Below, in pieces: positions 11,967 through 21,152 of a stretch of 64,000 nt of DNA; the first letter of the stretch is position 1; the number at the start of each line of letters is the position of its first letter. Where the stretch lies: the NCBI GenBank assembly GCA_000091205.1, contig AP006502.2; one strand, 5' to 3'. The notes below the pieces were generated by a model. That model worked only from the letters and a program-made list of their open reading frames with translations. It ran no database searches and was not told where the DNA came from. The stretch comes from Cyanidioschyzon merolae (lineage: Eukaryota). A program made the translations under genes and the position numbers.

Positions 11967-12760
11967 ATGAATGCATGGAAAAAAAGTGAGGCATGGAGTG
12001 CAGGAGTGAAGGAGCATCGGGAAGCGATCAGCCGGGTGACGAGCCGCGGAGCGCACTTTCAAACTTCTCGTGAATTCATGAAAATTCGCGCTGCTCATGT
12101 CGCGGAGCTGTGGAGAGAGTATACAAAGTCCCGGTGGGCTCGTCAGCATATGAATCTGTATTGCTGGAAACAGCGTGCATTCGCAAAATTCTTCAATGCG
12201 TTGTGCGCTCTCACAGTTGATAAGAGTCAAAGGCTCGAAATAGCATAAACGCAGGGCCCTGTGTGCCCAGAAAAAGGAGCACACAAGCTTTGTCGAAATG
12301 AACATTCATGGATGGCACCCAGTGTCTTGTTCCGGTACGGATAGATGAATTCCGAACGTCATACGTGCACCATGAGCTGGGGTGTACAATTCAGAAGGTC
12401 GAGATGGAGCGAAGGCAGAGGAGCCCTGATGAGATAGAAAAGTACGGAGAGCTGAAAGATCATCGAACGGCGCAGAGGGCGCGAGTTCGAGGAATCCCTG
12501 CGTGAATGAGTTCCACCGGAGGCAATAAGCCAATGGAGTTCGTGAAGCGAGACTTAAACGCCGCGATCAATATCAGAAGATGTGCCCTGCTGAAGACGAG
12601 ACCTGCAGAGCTGACGCGATCCAAGTTTATGGGGCAGCCCCTTATGCCCGATACGTGCAGGAAGCAGCTGAAGCTGATGGCAGGGAGCCGATCAGAAAAG
12701 GCCGGGAGGCGCCTGTGAGGGGGTGTGAATTTACCCCACATGGTCCTGGGACATTTTTTC
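11967..12760 (+). mobile_element. TnpB/Fanzor-like nuclease C-terminal half, frameshifted (pseudogene); 3' end abuts inverted-repeat arm
   Basis: Three consecutive plus-strand ORFs in different frames carry the TnpB motifs in order. The first is W-A-R-Q-H-M-N-L-Y-C-W-K (the W...L.YK motif). The second is V-P-V-R-I-D-E-F-R-T-S-Y-V-H-H-E-L-G-C (the E/TSxxC motif). The third is E-F-V-K-R-D-L-N-A-A-I-N-I-R-R-C (RuvC-III). The zinc-ribbon cysteines are mostly lost. About 45 bp after the stop is still homologous to the 49220-49305 copy. Confidence 0.45.
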
Positions 12761-12789
12761 TTTTACTGAGGATACTATATTTGTTTCAA

Positions 12790-14118
12790 ATTAAAATGGT
12801 CCGTTAAGCTGCGCGCACTGTTTCTGCACTTCGATTTTTCCGAACACTTTTCGATATACAGCCTCATCATCCAATGTACTGCGACCGGGGGCTCCGCTTC
12901 ATCTGTTCTTTAGGGCTCTCTGTCGTCATCTCGAAGTGTCGACTCCGGCTCCGTGCCGCTGGAGCTCGTTCAGCCACACCAACTGGGATGGTTCGCGGCG
13001 CCCCACGGGCAAGAGTTCGTGAAAGTACTGATATCACAACTTAATTTTTACTTAAGAGCTTCCACTCTATTTCTTTCCCCGACTTGCGCCATGCTCAAAT
13101 CACGCACTCTCCGAATTTCGATCTCTCTGTTGCAAGGCAACTCGTGGGTTCAGCACTGAGCGCCGTTCCAGTGACGATGAAAACAACTCGACGTCGTTCC
13201 TCGACGGCTTGTTCACAAGCCCAGGCCGCGAGTTCACTGGACTTGTCATCCCAAATAATCGACTCTGTCCGAAGGATGAAAACTCCTCTCTTTGTGGCAA
13301 TGGATGAAATGGCACCCAACGGCAGCATGACACCTCTCGAGTGTTCTCCGGGGGGCCCCCGAATCTTCTGTCTGCGTGGAAAAGAATCTTGTTCTAAGAC
13401 TTGAATCATCGCAGCGATCGCCTCCAGTGGACAGTGCGTCTCAGTTGTGCACGAGGACGGAACAGACTGATCGAAATATCTGGATGTGTTCCCAATCTTG
13501 GGCTTTTTTCAGGTACTTATTTCAACATGGAAAGCATCGCGCACCACCAATCCTCGACTGAAATGGAACAGCGAGCGCTTGCGCGTGCAGCTGCCAGAGT
13601 GCTCGCGTGCGGGACTACTCAGGGAAAGCGCGTGAGCGTAGCGCACGGCACAGGGCGCAGGACCGGAGGGCATCTACGGGAGCCGCCGGCGCTCGTCAAG
13701 CGCATTCACCGGGCGACAAAGCAAGCGCGCATGTACCACGGGGCGGCGCTTGGCGGATTAGGCGTTGTGGACATTCGTGAGGACCTGAGCGCAGTCACCT
13801 ACCACCGCTATGTGGGCGCATTAAAGTTGAACAGAAAAAGGGTGAAAATGCGAAGCAAAGGCTTGATTGCAACCTTCGTCTGTACATGAAATACGTAGAA
13901 AACAAGAGGAAGCGGCGAAATCGTGGCTGTAACGTTGCCATCAACATCCCTCGACTGCTGGCAACAGAGCTGGACGGATAGGAGAGCACGACGTATTGAA
14001 GGCTGGAGATAAGAGCGGGGAGAAGAACCAGTCACAGAAAAAGCCCGCGCTGGCTGGCGTTGGTGGCATCGGGAAGAGATCCGAAGCTGGGTTGATTCGC
14101 CCTCGTCAGCCGAGTGCA
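12790..14118. repeat. Inverted repeat A, left arm (~1.33 kb), partner 17338-18666
   Basis: Every ORF in 12953-14120 has a mirror ORF of identical translation in 17335-18502, with coordinate sums of 31455-31456. Examples are 13401-13889(+) = 17566-18054(-) and 13095-13409(-) = 18046-18360(+). DNA identity runs from attaaaatggtccgttaagctgcgcgcactg to ccgagtgc. Confidence 0.9.
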
Positions 14119-14266
14119 ATCTTTCAATTTTTTGTCTCGCATGGTAAGGGGCTGTGTGGAGCGGCGAAGAAATGAGAGACGCTTCGTGACGCGCCCCGTT
14201 GCCTACAGTGCTAGGCGAATTATGCAGCCGCATACGCGCGATTTGTGAGCAAACATGCCCGTACAT
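13808..14266 (-). pseudogene. Divergent TnpB/Fanzor-like C-terminal remnant (RDVDGNVTATI sub-family) at inner edge of IR-A left arm
   Basis: The ORF reads ...HSADEGESTQLRISSRCHQRQ...LSVQLCCQQSRDVDGNVTATISPLPLVFYVFHVQ. The pattern D-E-x-x-S-T then C-H...C-C then R-D-x-D-x-N-V-T-A-T-I parallels the E-x-x-T-S / Cys / DxDxNAAxNI order of the TnpB C-terminus. Identical mirror copy at 17204-17647(+). A third, more decayed copy lies at 29555-29700. Confidence 0.3.
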
Positions 14267-15683
14267 TCAAAATCATTCTGCGTATAGTTTATCTTAGACT
14301 GAGCCCGTACCCCTCTGGGCATACTGAGCTGAGATGCGCTCTGTCTATCATAGTACAGATCATGGAAAAAGCCGTGTCATGTGCTGCATGCAAAAAGGTA
14401 CTTTCTGCAGGAATCTTTGTTTTCTGATGCAGCGCGGTTTGAGCTTCGTTTTCAAATGGAACATTTAGTTGTAAAATATTAAGGACAACAGAGGGCCTGG
14501 CTTCATACGCGTTACCGAAGCCATTAAGGCCTAAATCCTGATGCGAAATTGCTTCTGGCCGTTTCTTGGAAAACGAACGGACTTCGAATGCTATTTTTCT
14601 GCATGTTCTTCCATTATGAGACAACAACCTTGGGACTTATCGTGCCCCTTATGTCTGCTACATGGTTTGCTATTCCAGGAGAGCCCCAACAGGAAAAATG
14701 TGCGTGAAATTCCACCGCGAATCTTTTGTGAGGCCTTGAATCATAGGGGCGCCTAAAATACAGAGTCTACGCTGCTTAAAATCCGAATGAAAATATCCTG
14801 CGCCCCTGGGAACGAGAGTGCTTTCCCGAAAAGAGGGGCCCTCTGGAGCGATTTCTTTGTTCTCTTCGATTGACAATTCTTGGAATGTGTGGATATTTTG
14901 AACGTATACGCAAAATCACGGGGAGTTACGCCCAACAAACTTGCACGCGTGAATAGTGGATGAGGTTCATTAAGGCGTAAATTTTTGGTCTTCGAGGTTC
15001 CCCTGAGCGCCTATTCCCAATCATGAAGTAAAGAATTTACATATCTCTCCTCACGCATCTAGCACTGTAAGTACACTCGCAACTTGTTTCCGAATGTATG
15101 ATCAGCCACTCTGAAGCTAGTCATGAAGAGTTCATTCGCAATGTCTGGCGCATTTTCAAGCCTTTCAAGGTCTGATACCCTCTAAATGATATGCCATGAG
15201 GAAGACGCGTCAAGTAGACTAGCACTTCCTGCGCAGTGATAGCCCACCTATTTGATTCACAAAAGAACCTTTGAGCGAAGTGAAAAATACATCGAGCTTC
15301 CGAGAAGCAGGTTCCGTACTCCGAAACGCAAACTTCAACAATGCCACGGTAATTGCCATATGGATGCCGACTATGTTGCGTGCAAGGCTCAGGAACTTGA
15401 TACAATCAAACATTTTCCACCAGGAAGAGCCTACACTCCAACCTTGTATCCAAAGCCTCACGCAGTTTGAAGAATTTCTTGTAACGATGCAACAATCGTG
15501 CTTCAGCTATTTTCTTCGTGTGAGGCCCGCAAGTATAGAAGTCAGCCCTCGCTCCCTTACATTCTCTCGGTAAAACCATTATTGAAGCTAGTTGCTGTAC
15601 GAAACAGGTTCCCAAGCAGAAGCTACACCTATAGGTGGAACTTTTAGAGTTAAGCGCTCGGTGGTGAAACCGCAACTCCCAGC

Positions 15684-16097
15684 CTAGACGTTGAAGGACT
15701 CACCACAGCCGCAGGTTCCCTTCGCATTCGGGTTCCGGAAAACAAACTCACTGGCCAGGTCGTTTTCAACGTAATCCATTTCTGTGCCAACTACGTGAAG
15801 CATAGCTCTTGGGTCTACGAGTACTCGAACCCTCCCGTCCGCAGAAACGACTTCCTCTTCGAAACGTCTCCTCTCCTTCGCGTAGTCGAGCTGGTAAGAC
15901 AGCCCATTGCAGCCGCGCTGCTTCAGGGACAGTCGAACACCGTAAGACTCGGGATGTTTTTCGAGAAGGGACCGCAAACGCTTCGCTGCGGCTTCCGTTA
16001 TAGTCATAGCGGCTCTGCTGCGACACATGGTCAGAAACAGTTGTGTGGAAATCAAAACTTTGATTGCAATCTTTCGCTTCGCTTCCGGATATGACAC
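15684..16097 (-). CDS. ISCA: Iron-sulfur cluster assembly protein IscA/HesB (A-type carrier), probably organellar
   Basis: ITEAAAKRLRSLL...RLSLKQRGCNGLSYQLDY...RVLVDP...VGTEMDYVENDLASEFVFRNPNAKGTCGCGESFNV carries the three conserved Cys. The N-terminus is basic and presequence-like. Confidence 0.8.
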   Translation of the reverse strand: MSYPEAKRKIAIKVLISTQLFLTMCRSRAAMTITEAAAKRLRSLLEKHPESYGVRLSLKQRGCNGLSYQLDYAKERRRFEEEVVSADGRVRVLVDPRAMLHVVGTEMDYVENDLASEFVFRNPNAKGTCGCGESFNV

Positions 16098-17110
16098 GTC
16101 GTCGCCTCGTCACGTTCAGCAAGGCTTGTACCATTGTACCCACATATGAGTGCTTCAACCGGTGCACTTACTGTAATTTTCGAAAAGATGCTTCGGGTTG
16201 GATATCACTCTCCAAGGCGGCTGAGATTGCGCGAACTAACCGGGACGCTGGAGCAACGGAAGCTCTCGTTCTTTCCGGAGAAGTCCACCCAAAAAGTTCC
16301 CTCAGGAGGCACTGGATAGCACACACTGTCGAAATCTGCAAAGTTGCCATCCAGAATGGCTTGCTGCCGCACGTAAACGTAGGACCACTCAGCTGGGGTG
16401 AAATGAAAGAGCTCACAAAGTTCAGCGTGAGTATGGGTCTGATGTTGGAACAAGTCACAGATAAGTTAATGGCAAGCGTGCACCGAAGAGCACCTTCGAA
16501 AGACCCCTCACTTCGCATCGAACAGTTGCATCTTGCGGGTCAGCTGAAGATACCTTTCACAACAGGAATTCTTGTCGGTCTCGGAGAAGAAGAATGTGAT
16601 TGGAAAACCTCCCTGAATTGTATAGCAGCGGTGCACAACAAATACGGGCATATCCAAGAATGCATCATACAGCCCTTTCGTCCTGGTGATCGTGGTTACA
16701 TTTCGGGCCCGAAATTGAATGCATTCCATAGCGAGGCCCTTCCGTATGTTGTGTCACTCGCTCGCAAGATACTACCGACAGAAATCGCTATACAGATTCC
16801 ACCGAATTTAGTACTGTCTGATACAGACCGCCGAAAGGGACTAGAGCTCGTGTTCCGGTGCCTCGAAGCAGGGGCGTCCGATCTCGGAGGTATTTCCCCT
16901 GTCGATGAAGTTAATCCGACCTATGCGTTTCCTAGTATTACATGGCTGAGAGAAGTTCTTTTACTAGAGGGGTTCGAGCTTATGCACCGTTTGCCTATCT
17001 ATGAGCAATATATTCCATGGATTCAGAAAGCAGAGAAATTCGAACATCTTCAAAGACTCTTTCCCGTATACAAGCAAGGCAACTCAGCCAAATCAACCCC
17101 GAAATCGTGA
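16064..17110 (+). CDS. Radical-SAM enzyme, CofG-like (FO synthase subunit 1 family)
   Basis: N-terminal cluster motif VPTYECFNRCTYCNF (CxxxCxYCxF). Also GATEALVLSGEVHP and NGLLPHVNVGPLSWGEMKELTKFSVSMGLMLEQV (the G.LPH.N.G...E...naSmGlMLE block). The 348-aa length is typical of CofG. Confidence 0.55.
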   Translation: MQSFASLPDMTRRRLVTFSKACTIVPTYECFNRCTYCNFRKDASGWISLSKAAEIARTNRDAGATEALVLSGEVHPKSSLRRHWIAHTVEICKVAIQNGLLPHVNVGPLSWGEMKELTKFSVSMGLMLEQVTDKLMASVHRRAPSKDPSLRIEQLHLAGQLKIPFTTGILVGLGEEECDWKTSLNCIAAVHNKYGHIQECIIQPFRPGDRGYISGPKLNAFHSEALPYVVSLARKILPTEIAIQIPPNLVLSDTDRRKGLELVFRCLEAGASDLGGISPVDEVNPTYAFPSITWLREVLLLEGFELMHRLPIYEQYIPWIQKAEKFEHLQRLFPVYKQGNSAKSTPKS

Positions 17111-17203
17111 TTTTTTGACAAGCTCTGATAGGAGACCTTCACAAATGAGCCCACGTATCTATAACGGCTCGCAAAATATGTGCTGCAAAGGGCGACGTGA
17201 ACA

Positions 17204-17647
17204 TTGCTAACTAGGCGAAGATTGTTTTTCGTAGAGGGTTGGCTGAAATTAGTCAAGTTGCAAAATTTTCGAAGATTTTTACCTTTTCAGAGATGGTTTC
17301 CGTCACTTCACCAGTGTAAGCCAACAAATGAACGATCGCACTCGGCTGACGAGGGCGAATCAACCCAGCTTCGGATCTCTTCCCGATGCCACCAACGCCA
17401 GCCAGCGCGGGCTTTTTCTGTGACTGGTTCTTCTCCCCGCTCTTATCTCCAGCCTTCAATACGTCGTGCTCTCCTATCCGTCCAGCTCTGTTGCCAGCAG
17501 TCGAGGGATGTTGATGGCAACGTTACAGCCACGATTTCGCCGCTTCCTCTTGTTTTCTACGTATTTCATGTACAGACGAAGGTTGCAATCAAGCCTTTGC
17601 TTCGCATTTTCACCCTTTTTCTGTTCAACTTTAATGCGCCCACATAG
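17204..17647 (+). pseudogene. Mirror copy of divergent TnpB/Fanzor-like remnant at inner edge of IR-A right arm
   Basis: Identical C-terminal 100 aa to the 13808-14266(-) ORF. The unique N-terminal part EGWLKLVKLQNF resembles the TnpB W...L.YK block. Confidence 0.3.
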
Positions 17648-18666
17648 CGGTGGTAGGTGACTGCGCTCAGGTCCTCACGAATGTCCACAACGCCTAATCC
17701 GCCAAGCGCCGCCCCGTGGTACATGCGCGCTTGCTTTGTCGCCCGGTGAATGCGCTTGACGAGCGCCGGCGGCTCCCGTAGATGCCCTCCGGTCCTGCGC
17801 CCTGTGCCGTGCGCTACGCTCACGCGCTTTCCCTGAGTAGTCCCGCACGCGAGCACTCTGGCAGCTGCACGCGCAAGCGCTCGCTGTTCCATTTCAGTCG
17901 AGGATTGGTGGTGCGCGATGCTTTCCATGTTGAAATAAGTACCTGAAAAAAGCCCAAGATTGGGAACACATCCAGATATTTCGATCAGTCTGTTCCGTCC
18001 TCGTGCACAACTGAGACGCACTGTCCACTGGAGGCGATCGCTGCGATGATTCAAGTCTTAGAACAAGATTCTTTTCCACGCAGACAGAAGATTCGGGGGC
18101 CCCCCGGAGAACACTCGAGAGGTGTCATGCTGCCGTTGGGTGCCATTTCATCCATTGCCACAAAGAGAGGAGTTTTCATCCTTCGGACAGAGTCGATTAT
18201 TTGGGATGACAAGTCCAGTGAACTCGCGGCCTGGGCTTGTGAACAAGCCGTCGAGGAACGACGTCGAGTTGTTTTCATCGTCACTGGAACGGCGCTCAGT
18301 GCTGAACCCACGAGTTGCCTTGCAACAGAGAGATCGAAATTCGGAGAGTGCGTGATTTGAGCATGGCGCAAGTCGGGGAAAGAAATAGAGTGGAAGCTCT
18401 TAAGTAAAAATTAAGTTGTGATATCAGTACTTTCACGAACTCTTGCCCGTGGGGCGCCGCGAACCATCCCAGTTGGTGTGGCTGAACGAGCTCCAGCGGC
18501 ACGGAGCCGGAGTCGACACTTCGAGATGACGACAGAGAGCCCTAAAGAACAGATGAAGCGGAGCCCCCGGTCGCAGTACATTGGATGATGAGGCTGTATA
18601 TCGAAAAGTGTTCGGAAAAATCGAAGTGCAGAAACAGTGCGCGCAGCTCAATGGACCATTTTAATC
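17338..18666. repeat. Inverted repeat A, right arm
   Basis: Reverse complement of 12790-14118, near-identical. See the left-arm evidence. Confidence 0.9.
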
Positions 18667-18695
18667 TCTCACCGAGCTTGAACCGTCGAGAAATT

Positions 18696-19147
18696 CTAGC
18701 TGGAAGCGCGAAATTTGCGCGCGCGTTTGCATAGATTTTCGATCGCGATCTGAATTGTTCTCTTTATTTGGGAGCAATGTTTCATAACGTGCTTAGGCTC
18801 CTTACAAGTGTCGTGGCAGAAAACCGAACGGTCCAGTTCTGTTTGACGGGATTCTCGAACAACAATATCGCCGGAAGTTCGAGGGATTTGCATTCAGAAC
18901 AGAATATGTATTTCTTACGATTTCTTTGCTGGCAGCTTCGGGACCAGTGAGGTGGTTGGTTAATTCCAGTGAATCACTAATGTACAGCGAACCTTTATCG
19001 TTATATACTTGCACAGGAAAGCGTTTTCCTGTATTTACACTCGATTCACTAACCTCAATGGTTTGCTGTGCCATTCCATGCCAGAACCATGCTCCAGGCC
19101 AGAATACCATAAGTCTCATCTGGGTCAATTACTCTCTCTCACGGCAA
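18696..19147 (-). mobile_element. Degenerate TnpB/Fanzor-like C-terminal remnant flanking IR-A right arm (mirror position of 11967-12760)
   Basis: Minus-strand ORFs read ...F-R-R-Y-C-C-S-R-I-P / I-P-R-T-S-G-D-I-V-V...F-C-H-D-T-C...K-H-C-S-Q-I-K-R-T-I-Q-I-A-I-E-N-L-C-K-R-A-R-K-F. This shows RIxxRTS, Cys remnants about 36 aa on, then a K-R-x-I-x-I-A-I-x-N pattern equivalent to KRDLNAAINI. The match is at protein level only. The DNA is not alignable to the left copy. Confidence 0.3.
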
Positions 19148-19837
19148 TACTTTAGCGTTTCAGGAGAATGGATTGACTGAGTATTGAATGATTCCCTGGG
19201 AAGTTAACTCGACTCAAAGATGCTGAACGCTTCCAATGCACAAAACATTTCCGGACTTTGATCGAGGCGCTCACTTCTCGTTGCGGAGAATATTTGAGCG
19301 AATTTTTGCTGGTAGGAGCACACCCGAGCAAGTCTCTCACCTAGCTTTGCACTCCCATTTGACGTCTGCTCAGCTTGCTGGGGATCATCTGGTGAATCAG
19401 GCTCGTTTCACTTGTTTCCCCAGCAGCAATTTCAGTTTGCATTCTGCGCTCGTAATAAGTTTACGCCGCCTTGAATTCAATGGTGGTACTCGTAGAGAAT
19501 CATCTCTGCAATCAGTTCTCGCGCTCGTAGAAGGAACAGAAGAGCATCTTTGTACGCTATAACTCCAAGATCGTCACTGTCTACCTTCGAAACACAAGGC
19601 ATATCTGCCATTTCTTTTTTTGACTCCACTGAAGAAAAATGGCGAATGAACGCTTCCTGCATCCGTACAATCGACTGCATTGCGTTCCCCAGCGCAGGTC
19701 AACTAACCTCTAACGAAGATCGTCTTCAAGAGCCAGTTGGACTTTCAGGTCCTCTCTGGATCTAACCTCCACAGCATGCCACTCAGATGGATACGGTGCT
19801 CCAACCGTCGCTATCGGTTGTAACCCCGTCATTCCAA

Positions 19838-21152
19838 ACGTTCGTGTGCCTCCTGACGCCCATCATGCTTCACTCTAGTATAAAGCCCTCGAAAATTTGC
19901 ACACTATCATCTGGATTCTGTTCAACTCTTTCATTCCGCTCTCTTGATTTTGAGATAAGGCAACCGCGCGATGTATTTCTCTTCATTTATCTTGGACGGT
20001 TGAAAATCAGCATCGTTAGTTGAGTCAAGTTTAAGTTTCACAAAGTGCATGCAGCCTGGTCTTCCGTCGGTCTCCATTCTCCCTGCGTACTCCTTACGAT
20101 TTCCTGCCCTGTAAGGCGAAACGTCGAATCAGCTCTACCCATGATCTTCGGAAAGCTGTTCGAGTGACCCGTGCTCGCTGCCAGAGACCGGCCGTAGCCC
20201 ACTGAGTGGAACGTATAGTACAGAGGAGTCTGCTGTGATTAGTGGGCGTTGAAGTGACGAACGAGGGCCGCTTCGAGCAGACGCTTACGGAGTCGAGTGC
20301 ACCCGCATTGGTGGACGGAGTCTGCTTCGCTCTCGAGGGCTCTCTTGAGGCAAATATAATGGGGCGAGAGATGCAAGCAAGGCAGGTACCCCGTTAACGC
20401 CATGGTATGGATAAGACTTGTGCCGATCCTCTCGAGGGCTCTTTTGAGGCGAATATAATGGGGCGCGGAATGCAAGCAAGGCAGGTATCCCGTTGACACC
20501 ATCGTATGGATAAGACTTGTGCCGATCCTCTCGAGGGCTCTCTCGACGCGAATATAGTGGTGCGCGAATTGCAAGCAAGGCAGGTATCCCGTTGACGCCA
20601 TCGTATGGATAGGACGTGTGGCGATCCGAGTCCGAGATCCACTCGATAGGCGCGGGCGATCTGACGCGAGTCTCGCTCTCGGTGCGATATCGCTTCCGGC
20701 GTCGTTGGCACCTCGATCCCATCTGTCACCATCAGCTTGTCATTTGCCTCCTTCGGCACTCCAAGAAACCGTTCTATCAGTCACCACTTTTTTGGGCCAG
20801 TAAGGTGGCTAAAACGGTTCTAACTTCCAAACGGTGAACCGATTGAAGCACTCGAGATTGTCTCGCGTATCGTTTCATTTTTCAGGTTGATTCGATATTT
20901 TTCTCTTTCGTCATAGATATTCCGATTGCTGATGTGATTTCATGACGTACAAATGTTTTCTCGCAAGCGTGCGTGCAGATCTTGTATACTGCGATCAGGC
21001 CGTGTTTCACGTTCTGTCGCGAACGCTGGTAGAAGAACGAAGGATTTGTACAAAAATCCGTGTGGAATGAGGGCAGCTCGCAATGCGCATCCGGAACTTG
21101 CACGAGCATTTGCATGACGAGCTGTGCCATGGCAAGAGAAGCTATACTAGCC
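19838..21152. repeat. Inverted repeat B, left arm (~1.3 kb), partner 37853-39179
   Basis: ORFs 19787-20023(+), 20239-20601(-), 20285-20722(-), 20394-20759(-), 20616-20837(+) and the 3' part of 20882-21295(-) have near-identical mirror ORFs at 38982-39236(-), 38404-38967(+), 38283-38720(+), 38246-38611(+), 38202-38387(-) and 37874-38122(+). Confidence 0.9.
20331..20640. repeat. Tandem repeat, 99-bp unit x ~3.1 (mirror copy 38365-38674)
   Basis: The tctcgagggc landmark recurs at 20331, 20430 and 20529. Units are ~90% identical. The translated repeat STGYLPCLHSAPHYIRLKRALERIGTSLIHTM(V/A) appears in three frames. Confidence 0.85.

Noticed and set aside
13401-13889. 162-aa ORF (and other arm ORFs) conserved between 13401-13889 and 17566-18054, taken as evidence of a selected protein
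   Set aside because: Identity is a by-product of the near-perfect inverted repeat, since every frame is identical. It therefore says nothing about coding constraint. No domain is recognised.
20331-20640. CRISPR-like array (regularly spaced repeats)
   Set aside because: The units are contiguous 99-bp tandem copies with no unique spacers. The context is an intron-containing eukaryotic genome and a mirrored copy exists at 38365-38674. This is a minisatellite, not CRISPR.
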